IMG/VR virus record: IMGVR_UViG_3300009702_000785
Location: 69,120-133,119 of that record
From: a virus
Length of the DNA: 64,000 nt
Direction: 5' to 3' (one strand)
The first letter of the stretch is position 1. Each line of letters begins with the position of its first letter. The notes under the pieces are model-generated. The model saw only the letters and a program-made list of their open reading frames with translations, was not told the DNA's origin and made no database searches. Positions 1 through 10,900 of the stretch are shown here, one piece after another. Position numbers and translations under genes: made by a program.

Positions 1-2
1 TC

Positions 3-2153
3 TCTAATCTTGGTACGACCATGAAGGTTATAATTGGTTTAGGAGCCGGGTCAGCGCTATTACCTGGATTTGCTCCTGCATTGCTATCTATTGCTGGAGG
101 AGCGATCTCTCTAGGTAAGCATCTATTAGGGTTATCTAGCATTTTGTTAGGGCCAATCACCTCTTCATTCGCTAGTGTTGCAAAGTCGTTGCCGTTCGCA
201 ACTACTGCAATGAAAGTATTTGGCGTTGCCTCTAAGGTTGCTACAACCATTCTTGGGCCTCTGGGAATCGCCATAGGTGCAGCATATCTAGCCTTCGATC
301 AGTTTAAAACTTGGTACAGTAAAGGCCCTGACTCCACTTGGGGCGAGAAGCTTATGGACTGGTGGTCTGATTATGACGATAAACTCGATAAGATTAATAA
401 AAAGCACATTAAGTATGAACGGTCGTGGTTAGGATTTGGTAACAAAGAAGTTAGTAACGTAGATGCGGAGAAAGAAATCTTTAAGCGCAAAAAAGATATG
501 GGTACATTAGCTCCTGACGAGCAAACTTTTGAAGAGTTCTATAAGAAGCGCCAGAAGATATTACAGGACAGTGATGCTCGCAACATTAAAAGAAACAAAG
601 ATAGAATTGCGGCAGAGAAGAAGACACAAGAAGAAATCACAAATGCTGCTACCAAGGCTGCTGATGAACAAAATAAGCGTGCTGAAGAATCTCAGAAGAA
701 GATTCAGGGAAGTAAAGGCATTGATATTGGGGTAAAATTTGGTACTTCTGCTACTGCAAGTATGGATGAATTCAACCGGGCTTGGGCAAAAGCCCTGTCG
801 ATGGCAGACAAAGACGATTTGTCGCAGGCAGTGGCAACACTTGCCATTGCTGGTGACAAGTGGAAATCCATGCTACCTGATATGGAGGGAGCAGAAAGTT
901 CAGCCCAACACCTTAGTAGTTTAATAGAGACTATGGGGCCGAGTCCGCAGATGCGACAAGCCGCATCTGAGCAGGCAGCTTATATTACGTCGATGGTTCC
1001 GCAGTGGAAGAAGTTAGCTGATATACAAGTGGCTGCTGCCAAGGCTGAAGTGGCGGCGGCCGAAACGGGTATGGCTCGCGAAGCTGCTAAAAAACGACTC
1101 TCCGCAGAGATGGCAAAACAAGCCAAGGTTGCAGAGATGATACGAATCTCGACTGAGTTGACGACCAAAGCAAATGAAAAGAGTGCCGAAGTTGAAGACC
1201 TCAGAGTGCAGGCTTCTAAGACCACGCTTCAGATCGCTCAGGGAATATATGGAGCCGCAGGTCTATCGGTCAAGGCTCAAATGAATGTTGTCGAAGGTTT
1301 GCAGAAAGAGAAAGAATACCTCAAGGCCGCACATAGAGAAATCCTCAAGAAGATAGCTGATGGCGATCACACTATTGTCACTCAAGAAAAAGAATTAACA
1401 CTGCGTAATAAGATACTCAGTGTAACTGCTGATCAAGTTAACATGCTCAAGGAGCTACGTGACGGTTATCTGTCTGCCGTACAAGCACAGGCATTTGGGG
1501 CGGGTAAGTTTGAGAAGATCATCATAGCTCAGGAGAAAAACCTGAGAGCTGGTTTGGATAAAGGTATGGTAAAGGCCAACTTCCTTTTGGGTACTGTTGG
1601 TGAGGCTGCCAAGCTAAGTGATGTACCTATAGCCAGATTTAGCTCTGGTGGCTACGGACTAGAAAAACTTGGCGGCGGCATGATGACTGACGATGATACC
1701 AAGAAGTGGCAAAAAGAGCTTATAAAAAACATACCTGGTGCAATCAGTAAGGCTGCTGCTGCTGCTGCTACTCAAATTACTTTTGAATCTATGGACCAAC
1801 TCGATTCCTCACTTGGTCAAGTAGATAAATCTGTGGATGCATTTGATGCCGTAGTCAACAAGTCTATTGATTCGATGAAACGTTTTGGTGCTACTATGGA
1901 TCAGAATGCCAGTAGCTCTGTGGTCTTTGGTGAAGCCTTACGATCAGGTAAAGTTCCTGCTGCTGTAACTCCTACAAATCGTGGGCCAGAAACGACGGGC
2001 GGAAGGCATCCAACTGCCCGACCCAATTACGGTAATGCAAACGTGAGAAATGCAACTCCAGCGGGTGGACGTGGCTCTGGCCCTGGCCCTGGTGCATCTA
2101 CTGGAGCAGGCACACCACAAGCAGCCGGATACTCTGGTGCACCTTCTGGATAG
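3..2153 (+). CDS. Probable tail tape-measure protein, C-terminal part (5' end outside the window)
   Basis: The frame is open from the window edge. A hydrophobic Gly/Ala stretch (GPLGIAIGAAYLAF) is followed by long Ala/Lys/Glu helical segments, and the gene lies just upstream of tail-tip-like genes. It ends at TAG 2151-2153, with the same frame open downstream. Confidence 0.65.
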   Translation, partial: SNLGTTMKVIIGLGAGSALLPGFAPALLSIAGGAISLGKHLLGLSSILLGPITSSFASVAKSLPFATTAMKVFGVASKVATTILGPLGIAIGAAYLAFDQFKTWYSKGPDSTWGEKLMDWWSDYDDKLDKINKKHIKYERSWLGFGNKEVSNVDAEKEIFKRKKDMGTLAPDEQTFEEFYKKRQKILQDSDARNIKRNKDRIAAEKKTQEEITNAATKAADEQNKRAEESQKKIQGSKGIDIGVKFGTSATASMDEFNRAWAKALSMADKDDLSQAVATLAIAGDKWKSMLPDMEGAESSAQHLSSLIETMGPSPQMRQAASEQAAYITSMVPQWKKLADIQVAAAKAEVAAAETGMAREAAKKRLSAEMAKQAKVAEMIRISTELTTKANEKSAEVEDLRVQASKTTLQIAQGIYGAAGLSVKAQMNVVEGLQKEKEYLKAAHREILKKIADGDHTIVTQEKELTLRNKILSVTADQVNMLKELRDGYLSAVQAQAFGAGKFEKIIIAQEKNLRAGLDKGMVKANFLLGTVGEAAKLSDVPIARFSSGGYGLEKLGGGMMTDDDTKKWQKELIKNIPGAISKAAAAAATQITFESMDQLDSSLGQVDKSVDAFDAVVNKSIDSMKRFGATMDQNASSSVVFGEALRSGKVPAAVTPTNRGPETTGGRHPTARPNYGNANVRNATPAGGRGSGPGPGASTGAGTPQAAGYSGAPSG

Positions 2154-2960
2154 GGCATACCACAGGCAGTTGTTAATATGCTGCCGGAGTTGATAACCTT
2201 TGGAAAAACAATCGGGCATAAAGCGATCAATGCTCCGAGTCAATTGTCGAAAAAAGCTCAATCGTATAGTCAAATTGCCAAAGTTGGTGTAGACCTTACA
2301 GCCGCTTCCGCTCAATCCGAAAAGTTGGCAGCTTTGAAGAAAACCGTAGAAAGCACTAAACAATCCCAGATTGCTGCCAATGCAAAATATGGTGAACTTT
2401 CTGCTCATACATTGAAGTTATCTGAGCAGATTATAGATAAACCAAAAGAAACTGTCAAACTTGCGTTTGGATATTCTGACGACGAAACGCTCAAGAAATA
2501 TCAAGACGCCTTGGCTGCGGAGAAGGAATTATCCCATGCGCAGAGGAGAGAGGGTGGAGAACACGTACTTGCTCTTCGTGCAAACGCAAAATATGATAAA
2601 GCGCAGAAGGCATTAAGGGAGTTTCATCGTGAATACGGGTCGGACCAGCAGATCAAAGAGAATCTGAGGAGGGCTCAATCCGCATTACCCAAACCTATTG
2701 CTGAACCTACACTACAGACCGTAGCTGCTGCGTCAGCAGCGGAATCACAATCAAAGTCTCGAAGACCTCGTGGCAAAAAAGACTCAATTGGTGGGGGCAC
2801 GGGTGGGGGAAGAGCAACTCAACTCGTTAGGGAAGGCGTTAATGCCTTGTGGGGCAAGTTGTCTGAACTAGCTTCTATGGTTGATGAGTCAGAGGACGAC
2901 GATGCTCAGGTTGGAGATAACCGATCTGGCCGAGAAGGCATCACCACTATCCCCAGGTAG
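2154..2960 (+). CDS. In-frame continuation of the tape-measure-like gene (or a separate 260-aa ORF from ATG 2178)
   Basis: Same frame as 21..2153, with 8 sense codons (GIPQAVVN) between the TAG and ATG 2178. No convincing RBS precedes 2178, and the Ala/Lys/Gln-rich composition is similar to the upstream part. Confidence 0.6.
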   Translation, partial: GIPQAVVNMLPELITFGKTIGHKAINAPSQLSKKAQSYSQIAKVGVDLTAASAQSEKLAALKKTVESTKQSQIAANAKYGELSAHTLKLSEQIIDKPKETVKLAFGYSDDETLKKYQDALAAEKELSHAQRREGGEHVLALRANAKYDKAQKALREFHREYGSDQQIKENLRRAQSALPKPIAEPTLQTVAAASAAESQSKSRRPRGKKDSIGGGTGGGRATQLVREGVNALWGKLSELASMVDESEDDDAQVGDNRSGREGITTIPR

Positions 2961-2976
2961 GCAATAAAGGTAAATA

Positions 2977-5900
2977 ATGGCTACATTTGCTGGTATTTGT
3001 GGAACATCAGGCCGACCTTGCAAGCTGGTATGGGCAAGTAACTTCCCAGGTCGTGTCAAGTACGGTACATATCCTTCAGAATTACTTCCCTCAAGACGTA
3101 CCATCTGGCATGCCTCTGCGGGTGGAGGGTACGACTATCCCCCCGCAGGCACGGCCTTAGGCGGGACCGGTGGTGGTGGCTCAATCAGCGGATTGGGGAT
3201 CGTAGATGCTTTTGCTGGATTAGGTATATTCGGTACGGATATACAGATTTACACCTGGAGACCCAAGACACAAGTCACCGTAGTCTTTGCCCGAACCGAG
3301 TATCGCATCAACATACCTCACGTCCTTACTAGGTCTGAAGTTGAATCCGCCGACCCCAATACCGGTGAAATAGAGTTGGACTTGGGTGAGTACATCTTTG
3401 AGGCTGTCGCTGCTGTAGACCCGACCTACAAAGAATCTATAGACGAACTTTGGCAAGGCATACAGGATGAAACTAACAAGGCTGAAGGCGAAGGAGATGT
3501 TTTAACAGACGACTATGGACAGAAAGAAGAGAAAGAGGATAGAAATTTTCGCAAGCTGATCGAGGCTATCAGAGACATACCAGATGAACAGCAACGCCTT
3601 GAAGGTATAATACGCAATAAGACAGGAATTGAATATCGACTTGATAATGGTGGCCCAAAATCGACAACCATATTCGACTTACCCGGATTAGGAGACTTAA
3701 ACTCTCCTACTTATCGTGATGGTTCTAGTCGTAAGATTGGAGTAAACATTACCGCCTCCAAGACCGACGAAGGCCGTTTAGATGTCTCACTGGCACCAGG
3801 AACTATAGTCTATCTTACTTATATAGCTATCAAAGAGCATTATATTCGGCAAGTTGTTAATGTCTCTTGGTCTTTCTTAGGTCAATCCCTGCCACCTCAA
3901 TGCTATCCTCTGAGTGTGAAAGTAAAGGCAGCAAACTATAGGTTTTATGAATGGGAAGTTGCTAACGACGATCCGCAGGGACTACCAATAATTGTGGGAG
4001 GGTGGCGTGCAGTTGAGTCATTCAATATGCCGGTCAACCTCGCTGCCCTTGTCCCTCCTTTTAACGACGCCAACATAGCGGAATTTGGGTACGGGCCTGC
4101 AAGTGGACTAACCAAGATGACATATCTTCCAACGGATGTCACCGATAGTGAATTAAATGGATTCATCGACAATAGAGGAACGTTTCCTTCTTACAATTTG
4201 ATATTCAACGAAGATGATGTGGATGGAGCCAAGTATCTCATACCCGCAGATGATGAGTACAAGAAGTCCAACTGGTATCTAAGTGGCGTAGTTTCTAAGC
4301 TGAACCGATACACCGACATTACTCGTCATGATTTCTACAATGTACATCCAAAGGCACTCAAAAAGCGTGACGTAGATAAGTTTGCCATTGAACGATCATT
4401 GGCTCAGGCTGTTGAGACAGATGTGGGAGCAGGCAAACAGAGCTTTTTTCCATTCTTGGATGATGAATCTGTCAATGATCTGACAACAGACGCGATTAAT
4501 TTCTTAGACGCATCCAATACCAGGTTTGAGCCTATTCAGCCTATCAGCAGTGCATTCTTTGGTGAGATGCAATGCGGGTCGGTGGGTGGAACAGTCTTAT
4601 TTCCATCGGGCGGACCCTCACCTAACGGTGATGTGGTAACTTTTTTCCAGATAGAAAGTCCGATCATTACCGAAAAGTTTGCCAAGGAGACTAGAGTACT
4701 TGTGGAGAGGAACTTCACAACTGGACAGGTTGATCCTGCTGTTGTGGCTATTGAAGGAGCAGCGGGTGAAGTCGATGCTTTATCTTGTATAGGTGATCCG
4801 TCTGATCACTTTGCTTATACAGTACATTCTAATGAAGGATTTCTACAAATCAACAACTTTCATAATGAATATATTGAGGATGGCATGAGGGTTTTAACAT
4901 ACAGGCCAGACCAGCCGAACCCTTTAACGGCAGATAACCTAAATCCTGTACCTAGTGAGTACGATAGGTTTGTAGGATTCTCAGGTATGCTGGGTGATCA
5001 GTATGGTTACAAACCAGGAAGATACCTCAGCCTTTCACAATACGCTCCTAAAAATGCATTCCTTTACAAAAGTACTGCCAAGGATAAATTGGCTCGAATA
5101 CTAGATGTTGACGAAGGAGATATCGGAGACCTGATAGTTAAACACGAAGATGGGGTCATTGATATCGATTTGGGTGGGCCTGGATTCTACGGAATAACTG
5201 AAATAGAGTACATATACAAAGGTGATTCTAATATAGATGTTTTGATGAGACTTAAGAACGGAGAAAGTCTAAGTGGGATTGTTGACGAAATTGATATAGT
5301 ACGAGGCAATCACATTCTCAGGATAGATCATCGATGGATGCAGGGGAGTAAACTTGAGATAGTTGAAGTGCCAGAAGACAACTTCGAGTTAATTAGGGTC
5401 ACTGTAAATCAATTGGCTGAATCTTATGCAGATGATTTGCTTAGGAATGATACTTCTTCTACTGTCACTGATGCGGCAGGATCACTAACAGATAGGTTGG
5501 CAGATCGCAGTGTGCTTATAGAAACAGACATCATGAGCATCGGCGAAGATGGTCATAGTAGGTTATTTGTATTCTTCAACGACAAGGAAAACGGAATATC
5601 ATGTCTTGAGAGTGATGACTTCGGTATTTCATGGTATTTCCATTACGGTATCATAGAGCAGATATTTGGATACACGGCGTTGAATCCGTTTGTAGTCCAT
5701 AGTTTTTACCGCAATAAATGTTGGGTATTCTTCCAGTTTATGGGCGGAAAAATAATGTGCAAGCAGATCGATTATGATCTATTTGATACTCAAGATGCCA
5801 ACCTGATTGAAAAGACCGAAGATGTTTTGCAGGCAGCAGAGAATCAAGCAGCCGCCAAAGCAGTTTTGGGTTTGGGAGAAGGAGGAACGGCGCTGGTTGA

Positions 5901-7143
5901 ATTGCCCAGTTTGTACACTGAGAATGGTCAGCAAATGCGAAGAAAGACTGTGTCTCATATTGCTGCTGGTGATTTGACCGATGCAGAGTTTCTAAATTTA
6001 ACAGGCAGAGATGGCGAATCGTATGAATCACAAGAAAACAGATTGAAGCAGGCAGACGATGGCAGTGAAACAGTTGTGGTCAATTACAAATCACCTATTG
6101 CTATAGGGAGTAGTACGGCATTCACCAACAAGGACATCGAAGATATCTATTTCTCTGCCTATCGCAAACTCAATGGTGAGATGAAATTGTTCTTTATAGC
6201 TCCAACAAAGCCTGGTGGCGACTTAATGCTACAATCTCGATTCAGTGGCGATGATGGAATCAATTGGTATGACTTGTGGGAATATATTGAATTTGGATAT
6301 GATCGGCTAAGATTTGACCGGGACAGAAAAACGCAATTTATTAATACCACCGCAGGAGCAGGCAGAGGATCAACTTCTGGCACTGACCCTATTGAAAGCG
6401 GGCAGGATGCTGAATTTGGCATCAACCTACATTGGTCGAGGCTAAAAAAGCATAAAATAGGAGGTGAGGAAGACTTAAACGTCGAATCTGATTCAGAGGT
6501 GCTTCCTATTTCAGCCCCTTACGCCTTCTATCACAACGATACCGATACTGTTTTCTTGTTTTATATATATGAGGGCTGTCTGCTCTGCAAGCGATTTGCT
6601 GACCATGTCTTTGACCAAGCCGCTTCTAACAGGGATGCAACCGGTGGTGATGTATCTGAGACCCCTATGGATGGTCTTAAAAAATCTCTTGAAAAAAGGC
6701 TCAGGGCCAATTTTGTTGATGGGGAGTTAAACAGTATCAAAGAAGAGGTACACTTATTCTATAATAAGGAAACTAACGAAAGACTGCTCGAAGGCAATAT
6801 TATCTTTCCATATCCTCAAACTATAGAAACCTTTGATGACAATCGCCGTGTACCAGATCAAAGAGTGTGTGCTTACGCATTACGTAATGGAAATATAAGG
6901 GTTTTCTATAAGAACGATGATAAAGAACTTAAGGCAGCACTATGGGATGGCAGAATTTGGATGCCAGAGGATTTGATGAGGGATGCTTCAGAATTAGAGG
7001 CATTTGATTTTGAATCCTGGGACGATGCTGATGGTGTTATAGGTGGTTTTGGGGATGAAAAATTCAAAGGTAGTGCAGGAGGCCCAAGTGGCACAGCAGG
7101 AAGCTCCAGTGACAGCGGTGATACTGGCAGTGCGACAGGTTAG
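2977..7143 (+). CDS. Large virion/tail-associated protein with BNR/Asp-box-like motifs
   Basis: 1388-aa ORF with RBS-like AAAGG upstream, Asp-box-like SDDFGISW and SGDDGINW motifs, and a position between the tape-measure and hub-like genes. Confidence 0.6.
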   Translation: MATFAGICGTSGRPCKLVWASNFPGRVKYGTYPSELLPSRRTIWHASAGGGYDYPPAGTALGGTGGGGSISGLGIVDAFAGLGIFGTDIQIYTWRPKTQVTVVFARTEYRINIPHVLTRSEVESADPNTGEIELDLGEYIFEAVAAVDPTYKESIDELWQGIQDETNKAEGEGDVLTDDYGQKEEKEDRNFRKLIEAIRDIPDEQQRLEGIIRNKTGIEYRLDNGGPKSTTIFDLPGLGDLNSPTYRDGSSRKIGVNITASKTDEGRLDVSLAPGTIVYLTYIAIKEHYIRQVVNVSWSFLGQSLPPQCYPLSVKVKAANYRFYEWEVANDDPQGLPIIVGGWRAVESFNMPVNLAALVPPFNDANIAEFGYGPASGLTKMTYLPTDVTDSELNGFIDNRGTFPSYNLIFNEDDVDGAKYLIPADDEYKKSNWYLSGVVSKLNRYTDITRHDFYNVHPKALKKRDVDKFAIERSLAQAVETDVGAGKQSFFPFLDDESVNDLTTDAINFLDASNTRFEPIQPISSAFFGEMQCGSVGGTVLFPSGGPSPNGDVVTFFQIESPIITEKFAKETRVLVERNFTTGQVDPAVVAIEGAAGEVDALSCIGDPSDHFAYTVHSNEGFLQINNFHNEYIEDGMRVLTYRPDQPNPLTADNLNPVPSEYDRFVGFSGMLGDQYGYKPGRYLSLSQYAPKNAFLYKSTAKDKLARILDVDEGDIGDLIVKHEDGVIDIDLGGPGFYGITEIEYIYKGDSNIDVLMRLKNGESLSGIVDEIDIVRGNHILRIDHRWMQGSKLEIVEVPEDNFELIRVTVNQLAESYADDLLRNDTSSTVTDAAGSLTDRLADRSVLIETDIMSIGEDGHSRLFVFFNDKENGISCLESDDFGISWYFHYGIIEQIFGYTALNPFVVHSFYRNKCWVFFQFMGGKIMCKQIDYDLFDTQDANLIEKTEDVLQAAENQAAAKAVLGLGEGGTALVELPSLYTENGQQMRRKTVSHIAAGDLTDAEFLNLTGRDGESYESQENRLKQADDGSETVVVNYKSPIAIGSSTAFTNKDIEDIYFSAYRKLNGEMKLFFIAPTKPGGDLMLQSRFSGDDGINWYDLWEYIEFGYDRLRFDRDRKTQFINTTAGAGRGSTSGTDPIESGQDAEFGINLHWSRLKKHKIGGEEDLNVESDSEVLPISAPYAFYHNDTDTVFLFYIYEGCLLCKRFADHVFDQAASNRDATGGDVSETPMDGLKKSLEKRLRANFVDGELNSIKEEVHLFYNKETNERLLEGNIIFPYPQTIETFDDNRRVPDQRVCAYALRNGNIRVFYKNDDKELKAALWDGRIWMPEDLMRDASELEAFDFESWDDADGVIGGFGDEKFKGSAGGPSGTAGSSSDSGDTGSATG

Positions 7144-7155
7144 AATAAGGGATTT

Positions 7156-10100
7156 ATGATGGCAAGGAATACTTGCGGAGATTGTGAAGTTGGACCAAAA
7201 CAAGAAGCGGCTAGTTCTGTAGCTGGTAATATAGGAACATTATGCGCGAAGGTTGAAATATGGGAGAATGATCCTTTCTATGCCAGGCCGCATCAAACAA
7301 CCACCTTCCCTTTCAGCAACTTAGTTCCAGAACAACTGCCTGATGATACACCTGGATTGGAATGGTTGATGAACAGTGCTTTTTTGAAGCCTATATACCA
7401 ACCCCAAGACATGTTCATATGTTCTTATAATCCTAACATTGAAAAAGAATTTGTTAATCCTACTGCTGATGAATTCACCTTCAAAGGCAAGGCTCGTAAT
7501 CTGGATTTCGTGGGGTCTCTAGATTCTATGACAGGAAAGATCGCAGGTCCAAGATTGCCGGGTGGCATAGTATACGAAACACAATATACTAGGCTAGCTA
7601 CTGGTATAGGTGATTTCGCTGCTTCTGTTGCCGGATTGACCGACCTGCGTTTCGTTCCCAATTCTGGCAAAGACGTTTTTCCTCATCAGGTATGGATGCA
7701 TGTAGGCAGCATATTTAAGAGGGGCGTTGCTCTGCATCCCTCGGAATATGCCAAACCCCTAGATGAAATCATAGCAACTAGAAGTGTTGATGTCGCCATA
7801 GCAGCAGCAGCAGAGGAATCTATATCACTTGCAACACCTTTCTGTGAAGGTTTCACAGATGAAGAAATACATGGTGCTGTGAAATGGGACTACGTTAAAC
7901 ATACAGAAGAGGGGACTGACACAGTTTGGCCATACCAAATAACCAAACAAGCCCCTGGCAGGGGTGTCCCAGTACACTGGACGCTTGAAAAATTCACACC
8001 TGTTTATCAGGGTCAGGATTTTTTCGTAACCATCGAGACCAAGAAGGAGACCGACGAATCTCCAGATGTTTTGCTCGAAAATGAGTTTATAGGTAGTTGT
8101 GTTGAAGATTACAAATATCTGATGTACGACAATACGGTCCAGCCTGCTGAATGGATTAATGGGATTAGCAACTCGGCATTTTTTGTTGCTGCGGACAAAG
8201 AGGCAGATGGTACGGTAACGACAGAATCAGTCGATAAAGCCAAAGATGCTGCCCGTAAACAATACTGGTGGAAATACAAATCGTACATCTTGATTGAGAT
8301 TGGAACGGGGCATCCCGACCACAACTATTTCATTGAGCTAGTCAAAGGCCGTAATCCCAGGCTGCTACACCTTGGGTACATATGGGATAATCCGAAGCGT
8401 CGTATTGGCGGTGAAATCGAACCTAAAGAAGATGAACTGAACTGGCATTTTATGAAACAATGCAGAATGCTAGGAGAATTCGGCTCAGTATCTTGCAACG
8501 AACTGTTCAAGCAGGACAGTTTCAGGTTGTCAGTTAGAAACCATATAGGAAGATTAATTATCACATTCGAGGGATATGAGGGATCGCCTTGGGTTATACA
8601 GAGACGAGATAACGAACCTCATCAGTTTGATTTTAGAAAAACACTTATTCCTATGGTGGTTCCTTCGTCCAAGCTTCGCATACACGGGGGAAACCTATCA
8701 TGTGTTGTAAATTATAGTCCATTGCAGTATACCAAGACCGAAACTGTATACTTCAGAGATAGACAAGCAGACACCTCTAAGGCAGGTAATAATGATCTAT
8801 GGATGACATTTTCTCATATGGGTGGTAGTCAACTGTACCAAAATCCAGCGAGAGTCAAACGCATATTCAGCGATCCCCGTCTCAACAACAAGCAAGGTAA
8901 GTTCAGCTACGACATAGATGCTTATATTGCTGGGGAAATCCATCGCAATAAGAAAGAAGATGTCAATCTGTACAGAATATTTAGGCGACAGTATACTGAG
9001 TGGGGCAAGGGATGGGTCTTGGATGTTGATAGGGACGCGGATGGCGAGCCAAAGCGAGACCCTGATACTGGGCTCATATCTGAGAAAGGACTCAAATCTG
9101 GTTTTAATGGTGGCACACCTCATTCGCTTAGAATAGACAATGCCAAACAACCTGGACAGGAATTTCAATTCGGATTACGAGGACAGTCTAATGCAAACTA
9201 TCCATACAAGGAATATGCATCGAAATGGGATGTCCAAATTAAATTCAATGCGGGTACGGTATTGTTACCTGTTGCTGAATCCAAGGCTACGAGTGGTGCA
9301 TTTGATTCCGCTGAAGACCCGTCCATTATAATAGACGACAGGGCAAAACAGTATTTGATGGTAGATTCTGTTACTCCTATCGCTACTAGCTGGCGTTTGA
9401 TTGTATTGGGTGGTGAAAAACCTACCCGTAAAAGTAGCGGCACTCCCAAAATAAAACCGTTTGACATCGCACCACTGACAACTAAAATTACTGATGGTTG
9501 GACCAGTGAAGGATGGCACACTATACGTCACGAAGCTAAGGTACAATGCTATATACCACTTGATACGGCTATTGGCGATAACAAGGAATTGTATAGACTT
9601 GGTAAGAGAGTCAAAGATTTACATAACAAAGCCTTCTACGTAACCATATCGTACTGGTGGGCTGATGGAATAGGTGAGCGTGATGCTATCGCAAATAAGA
9701 TCAAGAGAAAAAATCCAGATGAAAATGATCTCCTGATACAGATGACTGGCATAGCCTATGGTGGTACGTTAAGTAGGTCTGTCAACAAAATATTCTTTGA
9801 TTTTGATGTTAAAGATTACATGTCAGTTCTTGAGAAACAATTTATTTTCAACTCACCATTCTTTGACGGAGTGGCTGACGCAGAAGCAGTATATGAGTTA
9901 GCCAGATTAGCAGGATTTGATGACGAAGACAAAACATCTAGCAGAATCAATAGGCAACCACTTGGTTTCTTGCAACACGTCATAAAGTTTAACAGAAGAA
10001 ATGCTGATGGTAAGTTTGTCTACAACGGCGAGACGGTACGCAGTCCGACATATGACTTGCCAGGATCATACGCCACCTTACAACAACCGGCTGTTAGGTT

Positions 10101-10884
10101 CCAAAACGGTGAGACGTATGAAGATGCCTTTACTAAAATTGCCCAGTTATCGACCAAGGTGATATATTTCGATAGGTGGGGGGTACTCAGATTAGAGAGC
10201 GTTCCAGCCATTGAGGCAGCATTCTTTGCCAAAGGTGATGACGTGGATAAGTTTGAATCTGTATTCGATTTTGTCACCTCACCATTCCCTGTGAAAGCTC
10301 GTGACCCAGGCGATGGGTCAGTGTCAACACGTAAATTCCAATTTGACCCTTGTAAGCACGGATCGCATCTGGTTTACGACGTTGTACAGTATAATAGAAG
10401 TGTAGAAGATTGCATCAACCAGATCGTCGTTTTTACAGCCAGCAACGACATACTTTTGCCTTCGGGCGAAAGAGTGGATGGCGGGTTTATTGTTGAAGGA
10501 TATACGTTTTTTGACCAGATTTGGAACCCTGAAGAAGAAGGGTTCTTAGGTTTCCGCAAGCCTTTCTATCAGTCGAATGGTGTATTTGGCGGGATACAGG
10601 GAGTACGCAGAGGTTTGCAGCATTATGCCAAAATGAAATACCCCATTGCTACGGTGCAATTTAGTACCTATGGCATACCAGGTTTGAAAGCATTAGACAT
10701 TATTACACTGGATGATAATCTATTCTATATCACGGAGATCAATCACGATCTTGATCCATCCACAAACAGATGGTGGATGAACATCACAGGCGAATGGCTA
10801 AAGCCATTTTTAGGAGACTTAGGTTTTCTTGAAGAGAGAGACGGTCCAGCAGATCAAGCCACAAAGGAAACAGAGGAACCATAA
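7156..10884 (+). CDS. Tail tip / baseplate hub-like protein
   Basis: 1242 aa with RBS-like AAGGGA. The C-terminal region has hub-like patterns: VIYFDRWGVLRLE, INQIVV and FSTYGIPGLKALDIITLDDNLFYITEINHDLD...WWMNITGEW. Confidence 0.6.
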   Translation: MMARNTCGDCEVGPKQEAASSVAGNIGTLCAKVEIWENDPFYARPHQTTTFPFSNLVPEQLPDDTPGLEWLMNSAFLKPIYQPQDMFICSYNPNIEKEFVNPTADEFTFKGKARNLDFVGSLDSMTGKIAGPRLPGGIVYETQYTRLATGIGDFAASVAGLTDLRFVPNSGKDVFPHQVWMHVGSIFKRGVALHPSEYAKPLDEIIATRSVDVAIAAAAEESISLATPFCEGFTDEEIHGAVKWDYVKHTEEGTDTVWPYQITKQAPGRGVPVHWTLEKFTPVYQGQDFFVTIETKKETDESPDVLLENEFIGSCVEDYKYLMYDNTVQPAEWINGISNSAFFVAADKEADGTVTTESVDKAKDAARKQYWWKYKSYILIEIGTGHPDHNYFIELVKGRNPRLLHLGYIWDNPKRRIGGEIEPKEDELNWHFMKQCRMLGEFGSVSCNELFKQDSFRLSVRNHIGRLIITFEGYEGSPWVIQRRDNEPHQFDFRKTLIPMVVPSSKLRIHGGNLSCVVNYSPLQYTKTETVYFRDRQADTSKAGNNDLWMTFSHMGGSQLYQNPARVKRIFSDPRLNNKQGKFSYDIDAYIAGEIHRNKKEDVNLYRIFRRQYTEWGKGWVLDVDRDADGEPKRDPDTGLISEKGLKSGFNGGTPHSLRIDNAKQPGQEFQFGLRGQSNANYPYKEYASKWDVQIKFNAGTVLLPVAESKATSGAFDSAEDPSIIIDDRAKQYLMVDSVTPIATSWRLIVLGGEKPTRKSSGTPKIKPFDIAPLTTKITDGWTSEGWHTIRHEAKVQCYIPLDTAIGDNKELYRLGKRVKDLHNKAFYVTISYWWADGIGERDAIANKIKRKNPDENDLLIQMTGIAYGGTLSRSVNKIFFDFDVKDYMSVLEKQFIFNSPFFDGVADAEAVYELARLAGFDDEDKTSSRINRQPLGFLQHVIKFNRRNADGKFVYNGETVRSPTYDLPGSYATLQQPAVRFQNGETYEDAFTKIAQLSTKVIYFDRWGVLRLESVPAIEAAFFAKGDDVDKFESVFDFVTSPFPVKARDPGDGSVSTRKFQFDPCKHGSHLVYDVVQYNRSVEDCINQIVVFTASNDILLPSGERVDGGFIVEGYTFFDQIWNPEEEGFLGFRKPFYQSNGVFGGIQGVRRGLQHYAKMKYPIATVQFSTYGIPGLKALDIITLDDNLFYITEINHDLDPSTNRWWMNITGEWLKPFLGDLGFLEERDGPADQATKETEEP

Positions 10885-10900
10885 GAGGTAAGGAGTTATT

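Noticed and set aside
1752-1769. (GCT)6 microsatellite
   Set aside because: It is an in-frame poly-Ala run, with no evidence of phase variation.
2148-2204. T4 gene 60-like long bypass from GGA 2148 to in-frame GGA 2202
   Set aside because: No take-off stem-loop is evident, and simple readthrough explains the frame equally well.
7141-7158. Readthrough fusion of 2977-7143 with 7156-10884 (same frame, TAG)
   Set aside because: The downstream gene has its own RBS-like AAGGGA and ATG ATG, and the upstream protein ends in a low-complexity tail typical of a real C-terminus. It is kept only as part of the aggregate observation.
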